Below are positions 26,166 to 40,618 of a DNA stretch of 64,000 bases, piece after piece; position 1 is the stretch's first letter; each line of letters opens with the position of its first letter. The stretch lies in the NCBI RefSeq assembly GCF_009914755.1, contig NC_060934.1, one strand, 5' to 3'. Under the pieces are notes generated by a model. The model had not been told where the DNA came from and ran no database searches. It worked only from the letters and a program-made list of their open reading frames with translations. This DNA is from the human T2T-CHM13v2.0 reference genome, Homo sapiens. Both the position numbers and the translations under genes were made by a program.

Positions 26166-26824
26166 AGCACATCTGGGAAAACAAAGGCTTGATTTGGTCC
26201 CTGTTTTCAACACTAGCTCTCCCTCCCCCAGGACTGGTCCTCTCCTAGCACTGCCAGCCTCTGCCAGTCCTTAGTGGGACATGACCTGCCCTTGCCCACA
26301 CACCTACTCGATCCTCACTCAGTAGTCAGCATCCATATCCCACTGTGACTGACCCAGGCACACAGTGCCAGCAGCTCGTCCAAACTGGAAACTCTTCAAG
26401 TCTCAAAGTCTTTTATCAGTCTATTACTTGTCCCTGCATTCTCTCTTCTGTCCCCCTCACTGTAGACCTTCAGACACTCACCAATTTCCTGTTCCCTCTC
26501 TCAGTCCCTGGGAAGACCGGCAGTGGGGTAGGACGCCAATCTCCCCAGCTGCTCTTCCAGGCTCCCCTGCCAGAGGAGGCCTTTGGTCTGTGATTTTTCT
26601 GCCAATTATTAGAAAGAAATAGGCCTGGGATAATAAAAACAACCAAGGAGGAATTTAAAAGGTTATGAAATCTTTTAAAATTCTGTTTTCTCAATTGTAT
26701 TTTCTCATTTGTACTTCTCGGCTCTTTTTTGAGACGTTTACATAGAATCATCATCTTTCCTTATATATTCCCTTTTGGAGGAAAAAGTATTTTCAGAGTT
26801 TCTCAATTATGTCAAATAACAGAA

Positions 26825-27050
26825 AACATTTATGAACAATTACTATGTGCTCAGCACCATAATGCATTTCTATGAAAATGAGCTCATTTAATCCTCACAA
26901 CCTCTCGGTGAAGTGGATGCTGTCAATCTTCCCATTTCATGGAGGAAAACTGAGGCCCAGAGAAGTTATATGACTCCCGAGTTTACACAGCTACCTAGTG
27001 GAGGACTCTAAGTTACAACTTATCTAATTTGAGAGTTCAAATTTTCAACT
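26825..27050 (-). mobile_element. MIR
   Basis: 'ctcatttaatcctcacaac...gaggaaaactgaggcccagagaagtt'. Confidence 0.75.
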
Positions 27051-27422
27051 GCTATAAAATATCTCTGATACATGAGAGAAGCTGGAAAGTGAGATCATAA
27101 CCACCAGAAAAATACTACTTGTTAGTGCCTCAGAAGAGCTACCACTGGTGTGAGTAGAATTACAACACTGGCAACCCAAAAGAGATACGCATGTCATGTT
27201 GTCTGATTTTGGAGACATTCTTAATTTTCAGTGGCAGGTGCCATACATTTATTCATTGAGCAAATGTTTTACTGAGTACCTTTAATGTGACAAAAAGCCT
27301 GGCCACTGCAGAAACAGGTGAGCAAAAGCAAACACAGCCCTTGCATTCATACAACATATATTTCTTCTTGAAATCAAGTTCCTGGCACTAGGTATCAATA
27401 GACTTGAAAATATGCATAACCA

Positions 27423-27735
27423 GCTAGGTGCAGTGGCTCACGCTTGTAATCCCAGCACTTTGGGAGGCCAAGGCAGGCAGATCTCTTGAGGTCAGGAGTT
27501 TGAGAGACCAGCCTGGCCAACATGGTGAATCTGTGTCTCTACTAAAAGTACAAAAATTAGCCAGGCGAGGTGGCGTGTGCGTGTAATTCCAGTTACCTGG
27601 GAGGCTGAAACATGAGAATTGCTTGAACCAGAAAGGCAGAGGTTTCAGTGAACCAAGATCATGCCACTGCATTCCAGTCTGGGTGACAGAGAGACTCCAT
27701 CTCAAACAAACAAATGAACAAAAAAAAAAAAAACA
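27423..27735 (+). mobile_element. AluS (Sx/Sz-like)
   Basis: Full dimer 'gaggtcaggagttt...ccagcctggccaacatggtg', A-rich tail. Confidence 0.92.
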
Positions 27736-27739
27736 AGAA

Positions 27740-28290
27740 AATATATTTAGCCTATAACCAAGAATCTCATTTCTAGAAATAAAAATAATCTGAAACACAA
27801 ATTAATTATACATATTTATCAGAGCATTATTTGTAATAGCGACAAATTAGAAACAACTCATGTCCAACCAGTCCAACTCAATGATTACCAGTAGGTAAAT
27901 CATTAGGTAAGTTGTGGTACATCCACATATTGAAATAGTCATTCATAATAATGTTTTCAAAAAGTTTTAATATTATGAACAAATGCTTAAATTATAATGT
28001 TAAAAATGAGAAAAGTAAGCTATAAAACAATCTGTTTAGTATGCTTTTTGGTACATAAAATAATATATATGACATTATTTGGATATGTTCGAGTAAGCTA
28101 TATGATATTAACATTTTTATAGGTCAAAAGGATCAAATATCAACAATTTCATAATGGAAAAAATCTGAAAACAAAAAAGCCAAAATATTAATGGTGATGA
28201 TTTCTTGGTGGTGGTATCATCAGCAATTTTCACTCTTTTCCTTCTATTTTTGGCATTTTCCAGTTTTCAACAATGTACATATATTTCTAA
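27740..28290 (+). mobile_element. Old L1ME 3' region
   Basis: 'gcattatttgtaatagcgacaaattagaaacaac...tgtggtacatccac'. Confidence 0.65.
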
Positions 28291-29019
28291 TAAAAACATT
28301 ATTGGAAAACAAAAAGAGAACAAATGTTCCTCTTTCAGCTACTTTACTAAATCATAATGCTAAATGCAGTCTGACTGAGTACCTATAATCCATCATGCCA
28401 GTAACTGCAGCAAATGTAGCAATGGCCTGTAATTCCATTTTATACATACTGCAATAGATATTCAGCCCAGAACGATATTTCAAGACAGCAGTTTCTGAAG
28501 CAGGGAGTTGGTTCAGATAAAATAGATGCCAGACTATCAGTGCTTCATAGCCTTAGAGATAGGTTGCTAGGACCTAACTCATAACATTTCCAAGAAAGCT
28601 GCATAAACTTCTTATTGATGATCTCAATTACTTCTAAAGCATTTTTGAGAAAAAATATTTTTAGGACCAAAATAAAAGTAGGTTATAAAGTCCTAGCTCT
28701 TGAGGACAATGGGGAGAGAAAGATTTTATATGCTGGAAAGAGGGGTTTTTTTTGATAGATTATCTGAAATAACATATCCTTCATTAGTCAGTGCTAATGA
28801 ATAGTCACATCTGTTTTCATGGAACAATGGAGAATTACATAATTAATAGTTTATTCTTTTCAAAATTTAATATAACTGCTCCTTTTACACTTACTTTTAA
28901 CTCTGTAAGTTATTCTCTTACTGTCTTTATATGTAATATAGGATACACTTGCCCAAAATCTTGTAGAATACATGAGAATATACATACACTAAAATGTGTA
29001 TGTACACATATATATGTAT

Positions 29020-29022
<3 letters not shown>

Positions 29023-29063
<41 letters not shown>
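29023..29063 (+). repeat. (CA)~20 microsatellite
   Basis: Visible. Confidence 0.95.
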
Positions 29064-29065
<2 letters not shown>

Positions 29066-29069
29066 CACA

Positions 29070-29610
29070 GTTTAATGAGTGCTTACTATATGCCAAGTAC
29101 TATGTTGAGACTAGGTATAGACCAGTGAGCAAAACTGACATGTCTCTTACAGCCCAGTAGCAGAGACAGACAAACATGCAAATATATGCAAAATTATTAA
29201 TTGTGAGAAATCAAATGAAAGCCAAGAATAGGACACTGTAAGAAAGAATTCGGCTGAAGGAGAATTAGACTGGAGAGAACTTGGAATCTGAATCAACATA
29301 GGATGATGTCTCTAAGGAGAGGACATTTACACAGGAGAATGAGTGGAAGAAAAAGTCTCCTGGGCTTAAGAAAAGAAGGTCCTGACTCAGTGATAAGGAG
29401 TTACCAGTATTAAGAGAAGGTCAGTAGGCCCAGTGTTTTCTTGAGCAAGGTAGAGGGTCATCAAATGGTGTTTGGAAGGGAGGCCTGGGCCATGTGACTC
29501 AGAAGTCTACAGGTCCTGTGGAGGATTTATCCTAAGTAGAATAGGAATGTGCTAAAGTATTTGAAACAGGGAATGGCATGACTAGAGAAACATTTTTAAA
29601 GCATTATTCT
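29070..29610 (-). mobile_element. L2
   Basis: 'ttaatgagtgcttactatatgccaagtactatg...gagacagacaaac'. Confidence 0.65.
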
Positions 29611-29619
29611 ACTGAAGTA

Positions 29620-29862
29620 TTCTACTGGGCTCTAATGGTTCTACTATTGTATTGGGTGAAATTCTGTGATGTCTGGTGTTTGCTTTAATAAATATTCCAG
29701 ATATAAAGAAAGAAAATGTGGGAGTGCCAAGGGAAATGATAACAGATAAAATAAAACTGTCAAAATATTGAAAGTTGCTAAGACTGGGTGATAAGTACAT
29801 GGGAATTTGTTATACATCTCCTTGTGTTTTGGGGTATGTTTGAAATTTTTTAAAATAAAAAG
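29620..29862 (+). mobile_element. L1M 3' end fragment
   Basis: 'gatgtctggtgtttgctttaa...ctgggtgataagtacatgggaattt...tatgtttgaaattttt...aataaaa'. Confidence 0.6.
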
Positions 29863-29889
29863 CTTTTTTTCAAAAAGATAAAGAGTGAG

Positions 29890-30100
29890 CTTTGGCTCTG
29901 AGATTACCAGTTCAATTCTGCCACTTACTATTAGGTATGTGATTTTAGAAAAGTGATTTTTCTTCTATAATCTTTAGTTTTCACATGTATGGAATAGTGA
30001 TAATGACAGTACATACCTCATAGGCCTGTTAAATATATTAATGCAATAATAGCAGAGAGTTTGGCTCATAGCAAAAATCTGGGGAATGTTAACTATTATT
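29890..30100 (+). mobile_element. MIR
   Basis: 'ctgccacttactattag...tacctcatagg...tggctcatag'. Confidence 0.65.
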
Positions 30101-30110
30101 TTAGAATTAA

Positions 30111-30530
<420 letters not shown>

Positions 30531-30750
30531 TGCATATATATATGTATATGTATTTAAACCATTCTGGTGTCTGTATGGAAAATGGATGGGAGCAATGAAT
30601 GGTGATGTAAAAGATCAGTTAAGAGCAATTGGTGAGTTCAGCTGAGTAGCACTGGAGCAATGGGGAAGGAGTGACATCGATTAAGGAGCCGCTGGAAAAT
30701 GGATGGTGCTGAAAGCCCTGCAAAAAACCAAGATCTCCTGAGATAGTTCC

Positions 30751-31592
30751 CAGGGGTTCTTGACTCCTCCAACTTTTTTTTTTTTTTTTTTTTTTTTTTG
30801 CCATGGACTCCTTTGGCAGTGATAAAGCCTATAGGCTCCTTCTCAGAATGATGTTTTAAGATGCATAAAATAAAAGGCATAGGATAACACAGAAAATTAT
30901 CTTGAAATACAGTTACTAAAATGTTTAAAAAGTAATTTTCGATATAGTAAAAAGTTTTTTAATAATGTATTAACTAGATGCATATATATTTCAAGCTATC
31001 TAAGTATAATGTGACATAAAAATATTGATTCTTTGTATTAGTAACTGTCACAGTTCAGTTTCCCCAGAAAGCAGAATCTAAGCTGGAGATTGGCATTTGG
31101 GGAGTTTGCTAGGGAACGCTCTTGACATCAACATGAGGGAAGGCAAGGTGGAACTGGTCAGAGAAGGATGACATTGAGCTGTGATGAAGTCTGAGAGGAA
31201 GCTTCAGCCAACCTTACAGAAGGTCTGAAGATTATATGACCCTTCAGAAGTGCCCTGAATCAAAGAGGGCCAGGTGTTTATTACCCAGCTGAGGTGGCTC
31301 TCTGCAACTGAGGCCATTTCCCTGGGGCTGCCAGCTGAGGGCACTCTGACAACAGCTTTCATAGTAGCTGGGGTAAGTCCTCATTTCTGAAAGAAGATCT
31401 AGGTGTAACATTATAACATCAATCACAGTGACAAATTTATAGGTTCTGCAAGTTCCACTGTGGCTTGCTGCCTACATTCACAGTTGAAGAAAAGACTGAA
31501 TTTCGGTTAGAGATTAGTGGAAATGAAAATGTAATTTTAAAATCCTATCCAAATTCACAAACCCCACATGGACCCCAGGTTAAGAATACTTG
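30751..31592. mobile_element. MER119-like hAT-Charlie element interrupted by an ERVL LTR
   Basis: TIR-like ends caggggttcttgac / gttaagaatacttg; 'ccatggactcctttggcagt...aagcctat...cttctcagaat'. Confidence 0.65.
31047..31427 (-). mobile_element. LTR16-type ERVL LTR
   Basis: 'ttccccagaaagcagaatctaagctggagatt...gagctgtgatg...cagccaacc...ctctctgcaactgaggc'. Confidence 0.6.
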
Positions 31593-31599
31593 TGAGTGA

Positions 31600-31995
31600 G
31601 AAGGGGGCCCCATATTCAGAGAGGCTGGTCAGGCTCTGTTGTTTGCTGGAACACAGTAAGCTGTCTTCTGCTGTAGGGAAAAATGAGCAGATTGAACCTA
31701 AGCATTAAAATAAAAAAATGAGCAGGGAAAGTGTGTTTTCCAGAGCAAGAATGATGCCCAGGAACAAAGCAAGTCAGAGAGGATAGAGTCCACAGTACCA
31801 GAGAAAAGACACAGATTGATGTGCAGCTGCCTGAGTCTACTTTTGAATTACAGATTTTAATCCTTCATGAAACCAAACAATACCTCCAGTTCTTGGTGTA
31901 GAAACACTCCTATGTCTTTATAATGTTATTTTCTCATGTAAGCTAGTTTAAGTAGGTTTCTGCTGCTTACAAGCTGACGTATCTTGTTGAATACA
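31600..31995 (+). mobile_element. Ancient MLT1-type LTR 3' part
   Basis: Ends 'taagctagtttaagtaggtttctg...gaataca'. Confidence 0.5.
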
Positions 31996-33737
31996 GAGAT
32001 ACTTTAAAACTCCTCCCTTAACACACACATACACAGAAATTCTTGAAATTTGCAGGAGTTTGGGGTGAGGAGCATCTAGCAAGGAACATGGAGTTGGGAA
32101 TGGTTGAAGCATTGCTGCTGGGATCTATTAAGGCTCTGAGCTCTCCATGAAAGTATTGGCTTTCTCTTTGATGGCCTTTGCTGTATTGGATAACTCACCT
32201 ACAAAAATGACTTATTTTTAATGTAGAACTGTGATAAACTTCAACATTTTGATGATTATCATGCTTTAAAATGAGAATAAAGATAGCTATTATATTTTTT
32301 AATTTGACAGAGTAGTGCAGGCAATAATGAAATGGTATTCATCTGAATAGCAATCTTTATTTTTAAAATCCAAAGGCACTCAATAATGTGATCTGTGCAC
32401 TTTGCTATTATGATATATAGCATATAAAATGTTAAGCACGTCTAACATTTAATTCATTTCAATCATACCAGTCTGTCAAGATATAATAAATCAACAAAAC
32501 CAACAACTCCCTCCCAAACATTAATTACCTAGTGAACTACTCTTAGCTTTTTTATTTAGTCATGAAATTTGAAAATTACCTCTGAATTAGCATAGCTATT
32601 CACACATTATTTTCCCCAACAACAAAAGAAATGCCACTGTAACAGCTGCTTCGTACTTTTTAACATGAAATTGATGTTAGTGACAGATTTTCAAGCATGT
32701 AATTTGTCTCAACATGTGTGTCCTTTTATTTGTAAAAACTCCCAGGACTGAAGAATGAAGTTTCAAAAAGTTATTTATTGTGTCTCCTGGCAGGGTAGAA
32801 TCCATGGAAAACAATCAACTAACAGAACTGTGTGATGGTCTATAAGATTTGGAATTATACCATTGTTATAGAGGGGAAATAAAAGACATTTCTCCTGTAC
32901 CAGCTTCTCCTCCCCCACCACCCCTAGTAAGAAGTGGAAAATGAATATACCAAATGAACATACTTGGATTTGATTTTATGATTTGATTTTTATGATGGAA
33001 CGTCTTGTAAATGGGAGCAGATTCCTAAAAAAATTACAGTGCCAGCCCAGTTCTAAGCACTGCATCCCCAATTACTTTGAAAAGAGGCTCTTGTAAGCCA
33101 ACTGTGCAGTCACCTCTGATTATAAGGTTTGGAAGGAGTATCTTCCAGGACCTACCCTTAGCCTGATTCAGCAGATGACAATCCATTTCCTTTTAAACTT
33201 TTTTTTTGCATCAGAAGATGCAGTAAGTTGTAAGTATTACACAGAATACTTAGGCACAGAAAACACAATAAGTAGTAAGATGTGTCTCTTAAGGGGCTCA
33301 CAATTAAGTATGAAAAGAGATTATTAGAGAAACAAAGAGTTAAATCTTCTAATAGAGGTGGTGGTAGAAAGGTGTGTTGTAACCAGTCTCTGGTCAAAAT
33401 GAAACCAATTTTGGCTAGAGGAAGCAGGGATCTGGTTATACAGAACCCAAAGGACTTAAAGTTGGTGAAAAAAGGAAGCAGCAAGTAGAGCAAAGATGGG
33501 TTGTCCAACTCCCCTTGATTGCACTCTCTCCAGGGGAGGGAACAATAACCCCTTACTCCTTGAGACCAGTCAACATGTGTTTGCCCTTGAGATAGCTTTC
33601 CCTAGTGTCTCTGGGGAGCTAGGAAACAACAGGTTAGGGTCTTTGTAATTCTTGCCTCTGCCAGGGCCTTGGCCAGAGATCTGGGAGGACAACAGACTCT
33701 TCCCCTATGTGCTGCTAGAAAACTGGTTGTAATACTG

Positions 33738-33914
33738 TTTTCTTTTCTTTCTTTCTTAATTTTTTTAAGAGACAGGATCTCACTTTGTTGTTCAGGCTGT
33801 AGTGCAGTGGGGCAGTTGTGGCCCACTGCAGCCTCGACCCCCTGGGCTCAAGTAATCTTCCCGCCTCAGGCTCCTGAGAACCTAGGACAACAGGTGCTCA
33901 CTGCCATGCCTGGC

Positions 33915-33946
<32 letters not shown>

Positions 33947-34067
33947 TTGGTAGAGACAGGGTCTCTTTATGTTGCCCAGGCTGGTCTTGAATTCCTGGCC
34001 TCAAGTGATCCTTCTACTTCAGCCTTTTAAAGTGCTGGGATTATAGGCATGAGCCACCAAGCCCAGC
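33738..34067 (-). mobile_element. AluJ
   Basis: 'gagacaggatctcact...cactgcagcctcgaccccctgggctcaag' with T-rich linker and tail. Confidence 0.9.
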
Positions 34068-34144
34068 TGCTTGTAACATTCTTGAAATGTTGACCCCACT
34101 GGAGTGACCAGCAGAGCTTGCCATGCCTCCCGATCTGTACTCTT

Positions 34145-34568
34145 TGCTGTAGTTTAGATATTTGTCCGCTTCAAATCTCATGTTGAAATCTGATCCCCAG
34201 TGTTGGAAGTCGGGTTTAGTGGGAGGTGTTTGGATCATAAGGATGGATCCCTCATAAATAGATTAATGCCCTGCCATGGTGAGAGTAGTGAGTGAGTTCT
34301 CTATTAGTTTTCCCAAGAGCTGGTTTTTTAAAAGAGCCCAGTGCTTCCCTCTCTCTCTTGCTTCCTCTCTCACCCTGTGATTTCTGCACACACTGGCTCC
34401 TCTTCCCCTTTTGCCATGAGTGGAAGCAACCTCCAGCCTTTACTTGATGTAGATACTGGTGCTGATTTTTGTACAGCCTATAGAATTGTGACCTAAACAA
34501 ACCTCCTTTTCTTTATAAATCACCCAGACTCAGATATTCCTTTATAGTAACACAAACAGATTAAGACA
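34145..34568 (+). mobile_element. MSTB-type MaLR solo LTR
   Basis: 'tgctgtagtttagatatttgtcc...aaatctcatgttgaaa...ctttataaatcacccag...ttaagaca'. Confidence 0.85.
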
Positions 34569-34569
34569 C

Positions 34570-35040
34570 TTCCCACCCAGTTGTCTCTCAGACCTCATTA
34601 CGGTTATTCTTCTTACATGTGTTCCACTTTAGCTGCTTGGGTCCCCATGCTTTTCTCAACACACAGGCTGGTGCTCCTTCTTGCCTTTGCATTGTCGTCC
34701 CCTCTCCTGGGAACATGCCTCCTTTAGTGACCTGAATGGCTCACCACTTCACCTCCTGTAGGTCTTTGCTTTGGTGTCACCTTCTCAGTGTGGCATTCCC
34801 TGGCCATCCTATTTGACACTGGCCCTACTTCTTTCCAGAGTTCTATCTTTCCTGCTTGATTTTCCTCTGTTGTACTCATCCCTACCCACATACTTTGTAT
34901 TCCTCTTTTTTAATTTGTTTATTGCCTTTTTTCCTCCTTTAGACCACAAGCTCCATGAGGACAGAAATTTTGCTCTGCTTTATCCCGATCTCTCCCCAGC
35001 ACCTAGCACATTGTACCTGGTGTATAATACATTTTTTTAA
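34570..35040 (+). mobile_element. L2 3' part
   Basis: 'aagctccatgaggacag...ccccagcacctagcaca...cctgg'. Confidence 0.65.
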
Positions 35041-35086
35041 GATCTCTCCCCAGTACCTAGCACATTGTACCTGGTGCATAATACAA

Positions 35087-35597
<511 letters not shown>

Positions 35598-36029
35598 TAC
35601 AAATATTTTAAAGAGTTAAATTAAATATATATACATTTCAAAACTTTTCCTTTTTGTAGAATATGTGCCCCAAACGGCCAATATTCGAACTGTTTTCTCA
35701 CTATTTTTTTGTAGGGTGAGCTTGCTGATAGCCATATGTGCTAGCCAATACTGGATTTTCTGATGTCTTTATTCATTTAAAAATTATCCTTTATGGTGAC
35801 TTTATTACTGAGCTCTCCTCTTCTGCTTGTGTACTGTGCAGTCTACTATGGGAGGAGTGAGTCCAGTTAAGGTGCCCTTCTTTAAGGGGAGGCCTGCTAA
35901 GTGGATCTTCTCTAGATAGTGAGGAGAACCGGTGAGTGAGCAATCTAGACCAGAACACGTATAATACTGGAGGGGTCTTTAGCCCAGAGATTTACAAAGA
36001 AGACCAAAGGATTTATCAGTAATTACCCT

Positions 36030-36335
36030 ATCTATGTAATACATGTAGATAAAGATAGATAGGCATGTATATGCATATATACAGATACCTATGTATATAT
36101 CTATCTATATACATATATACATGTAGATATATACATACCTATATACATGTAGAAATACAGATGTAGATATAAATATATATATGTGTATAGAGATATGTGT
36201 AGACATATATAGATGTATACATATATAGATAGATAGGTCTATATAGAAAACCATCTATCTATATCTAGATAGAGATATGTATTGATAGATATCTCTCCCT
36301 ATCTATCTCTAGATAGATTATCTAATCTATCTGTA
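36030..36335. repeat. Low-complexity (TAGA)/(TATA)/(TCTA) tract
   Basis: Visible. Confidence 0.85.
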
Positions 36336-36423
36336 AAACTATCTTAAAACCATACTAATTTAAAAATCAAGATTCATCTTAATTTAAAAATCTTAATTTA
36401 AAAGTTAAGAACCATCTTTATTT

Positions 36424-36810
36424 TGTGGTTCATATACACCATGGAATGTTAGGCAGCCATAAAAGAGAGTGAGATCAAGTCCTTTGCAGGAACATGGATG
36501 GAGCTGGATGGAGGTCTTTATCCTTAACAAACTAAGGCAGGAACAGAAAACCAAATACTGCATGTTCTCATTTACAAATGGGAGCTAAATTATGAGAACA
36601 CATGAACACATAGAGGGAAACAGCAGACACTGGGGCCTCGGGGAGGGTGGATGGTGGGAGGAAGCAGAAGATCAGGAAAAACAATTAATGGGTACTAGGC
36701 TTAATAGCTGGGTGGTGAAATAATCTGCACAACAAATCCCTGTGACACTAGTTTACCTACATAACAAACCTACGCATGTGCCATTGACCTGAAAATAAAA
36801 GTTAAAAAGA
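36424..36810 (+). mobile_element. L1PA (old, ~PA13-16) 3' end
   Basis: 'catatacaccatggaat...gtcctttgcaggaacatggatggagctgg...acataacaaacct...aataaaagtt'. Confidence 0.9.
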
Positions 36811-36901
36811 TTATTAAAAATATGTCAGTAAAAGTCTTTAACCAACACCAAATGGTTCATCCCAAGAGTCATCTTAATTTAAAAATCTTCACATCTTAAG
36901 A

Positions 36902-37031
36902 AGCTACATGGGAGGCTGCGGCAGGAGAATGGCTTGAACCCAGCAGGCAGGGGTTGCAGTGAAGCGAGATGATAACATTGTACTCCAGCCTGGGCGGCAG
37001 TATGAGACTGTCTCAAAAAAAAAAAAAAAAA
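36902..37031 (+). mobile_element. Alu right-arm fragment with polyA
   Basis: 'agctac...ggaggctg...gcaggagaatggcttgaaccc...gactgtctcaaaaa'. Confidence 0.85.
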
Positions 37032-38943
37032 AGAAGCAACTTTGCTGCTTAAATTGAGTATAATACCCATTTACATTTAATGTGGTGAATGAAAAATTTG
37101 GTTTTCATTTACCACCCTACAACTGAATTTTTAATTCCTCCACATATTCTATTTGCCTTTCTCAACTATTATTTTATAGATAAAAGGACTTACAGAAAGC
37201 AAATACATGACTCAATATTCCAATAAAAGTGCTTTTTAAATTTATATTGAGCATTTTATCCTTCTTTCTTAAAAATCTTAAGCTACACACATTACATAGC
37301 TAGGCACTGATAAGAATCTAGTACTAGATAACCATTTCAAAGGCATGGATAGAATGCTTTCCAGGTATGGATTGTTTCCATAACTCCCCTTCCATACATT
37401 TTAAAGCCATTGCATAAAAAATAAGGAATTTTGTAGAGAGGAGTGAGTTTATATCCTTTAATATTTTCTCACTTTAGAAGTGCAGTCTTGGAATGATATA
37501 AACTCTGTAAACAGACTATCATGCTACATTTACAGAGAATTATATCAAGGTGTCTATTTCTAAGACAAGAATAAAAATTATGTTTTTTTCTAATAATAGA
37601 AATGGATAAGCAGAATTCTGGCTTCTAATAATGAGAACATACTATCCCCTAGTTTGAAATAAGTTAGATAATTTAACTTTCTCATGTTATCTTGAAGTTA
37701 ATACATCATTTATATTGAATATATCAGTGCACTACATGAAGTTGTACATTGGGTACCATCCCTTTTATCTTCCACATAAAGTGATTTAGTGTTTTAATAC
37801 ACTTCTTTCCATATCCTGCAGTTTTGCATAGCAAAAGAAGCATGCACTTTGAGGAAAATGTACCTTTTAATTTTCTGTATTTTAAATATTATGGGTACAA
37901 AATATTTGTATATAATTATGGAGTACATGTGATGTTTCAATACCTCCTTTTTGATCCCAGATCTTTCCTGAATTTTTTGTCCAATTTGTATTGCGTTATT
38001 TATGTTTGAAAAGGAGTAATGATGTTTAGTATATACTGTTATAAAATAACTGATTCGAAGGATGTAAAGTATCTGATACTATGTCCAAATATGATTTTTA
38101 AGCAAATGTTCCTAACAATACATAAATAATAACATGGAATAATAAAATAACATGGAATAAAATAAATTCATATAGCTTTATGATTAATAATTTTACCTAA
38201 ATTAAAAAGTGTTATGTGCAAATAGATGGTATACGACACTTGGCATGTAATAATGCAATTAAGTCCAATTGAATATATTGCTTGATTTATTTCCACAATC
38301 TTTGATACATGTATTGTATATCCAAACATCAAAAACCATAAGCAGCCTGTATAATGCCTTTTTTATTCTCTGTAAAGTTTTTAATATAAATATATAAAAG
38401 AGCATCTTAAATTATTTAAATAAGTCAATTATTTTATATGTGGATTTGGTATTAGAACATATATCTTCTTTTGCACAATAAACTTTTTTAAGTGTCAGAA
38501 ATTATATAATTATATAGTGACTTTTGTTCACAAGGTAGTTAGTTGTACGTACCTACAAGATACTTGAAAAATATTTTTGTCGAGATTGGATGCATTTTTC
38601 TCTTATAGACTCTTAAAAATGTTAACAAGCCAACACATGAACGTACTGAAGTATTTTTTAATCATCTTTTCTAGTGTTGATAATGAGTTGGCTGATATAA
38701 AGTCATTAGAGTGGCAATTCAACAAATATTTTCTATGGCATAACAAATGTCATTAACTTGCTAGTCTGTCATGATGTTGCAAAGCTAAAGTCACATTCAT
38801 TAGTGTTTTTTGTTGTTGTTGCTGTAGTGGTGGTTTGTTTTGTTACATGAAGTGGCCCACTTCTTGTATTAAATTATTTATTCTTTCTGAAAATGTTCAA
38901 TCAGAATGTAATAACACCTTTAAAAATGATTTAAAAATGTATT

Positions 38944-39172
38944 CCCATAGGTGGGAATTGAGCAATGAGAACACTTGGACACAGGGTGGGGAACATCACA
39001 CCCCAGGGCCTGTCGGGGGGTGGGGGGCAGGGGGAGGGATAGCATTAGGAGAAATAACTAATGTAAATGATGAGTTAATGGGTGCAGCAAACCAACATGG
39101 CATGTGTATACCAATGTAACAAACCTGCATGTTGTGCACATGTATCCTAGAACTTAAAGTATATTAAAAAAT
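38944..39172 (+). mobile_element. L1PA (approx. PA5-8) 3' UTR fragment
   Basis: 'cataggtgggaattgagcaatgagaacacttggacacagg...gggagggatagcattaggaga...ctagaacttaaagtata'. Confidence 0.92.
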
Positions 39173-40018
39173 ATATATATTTATTTCTACTGAACACAAT
39201 GTCTATATATTAGATGACCTAGAACTGGTAGGGGGTTCTAATCCAGGGGATTGTTGATAAACTCAGACAACTTCTATAATTTTTACATTGTTACTCTTAA
39301 AGTCTTGTCATTGATTGTCTCAATATTGGAAAATAACATGTCAATATTCAGTGTAATAAACTGGAAGAAAAAATGGGCCAATATCCCATTCAATTAAAGA
39401 CATTAAAAAGAGTGTGTATGTATTACTTCTGCTCACATCTTAATGTTCAACATGTCGTCACCAAGCCAGATAGAACCATATACTGGGGAATGTAATGTTT
39501 ATCTGAGAAACCAAATGCCTAAATACAAATTTTAGTAGTACGAAGTAAGAGGAAATAAATATGGGGGATTTTCTAGTCTTCTCTATTATATATAAATTGC
39601 AAGATTTGGCTACTTTAAAAAATATTAACATTTACTAATTTTTCATCAATTCAAATATCATATTGTAGAGTGCAATTTAATCAAATTAGATAACAGTCCC
39701 AAATATAACATTTAACTGTACATCTTCCAGAAGCCAAAAAATGAGAAATTATTTGTGGCTTTTGGCTAGACAAAGATTTCTTAGATGTGGCCCAAAAGAA
39801 CAACCTAGAGAACAAACAAAAAAACCAGTTACAACAACAATAAATATGACTTCATAAAAACAAAAAATTCTATATTTCTACCCTATATGCCTCAAACTAG
39901 GAATAGACATTTCCAAATTATATCTGATAAAGAATGTGTATCCAAAATATGTAAACTCAATTATAAGGAAAATTACAGACCAACAATAAACAATAAGGAA
40001 AAGAATATACTTGAACAC

Positions 40019-40240
40019 ATACTTTGCCAGAGGAAATTCAGAGACAGCAAATAATCACATCAAAAGATGTTCAATATCTTTAGCCATTAGAGAAATACAA
40101 ATTAAATGAGATGCCATTCCACACCTACATATACTTTGCCAGAGGAAATTCAGAGACAGCAAATAATCACATCGAAAGATGTTCAATATCTTTAGCCATT
40201 AGAGAAATACAAATTAAATGAGATGCCATTCCACACCTAC
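40019..40240 (+). repeat. Tandem duplication, period 112 bp
   Basis: 40019-40128 vs 40131-40240 differ by one substitution. Confidence 0.95.
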
Positions 40241-40586
40241 TAGAATAAATACAATTAAAAATACTCATCATCTTTTGTGTTGGTGATGATTTAGAACAAC
40301 TGTAATTCTCAAATACTGATGGTAGGAAAGTAAAATGATACAGCCACTCTGGGAAAAAAAAAATGGACTGTTTCTTACAAAGTTAAATAGACCCCCATCA
40401 TTTTACCTACTTATTCTACTGTTGCTCTTTAAGCAGAAAACAGTATAGCATATATACATACAAGAATGTGTTTGCAAGTGGCCATGACAAACTTATTTAT
40501 AATAACACTAAACTGTAAACAACCCAAAGTTTATCAATGGGTGAATAAATAAACCAAACACGGTATACTCATAACGTGAGATATAA

Positions 40587-40587
40587 C

Positions 40588-40615
<28 letters not shown>
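40587..40615 (+). repeat. (CA)n microsatellite
   Basis: Visible. Confidence 0.9.
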
Positions 40616-40618
<3 letters not shown>

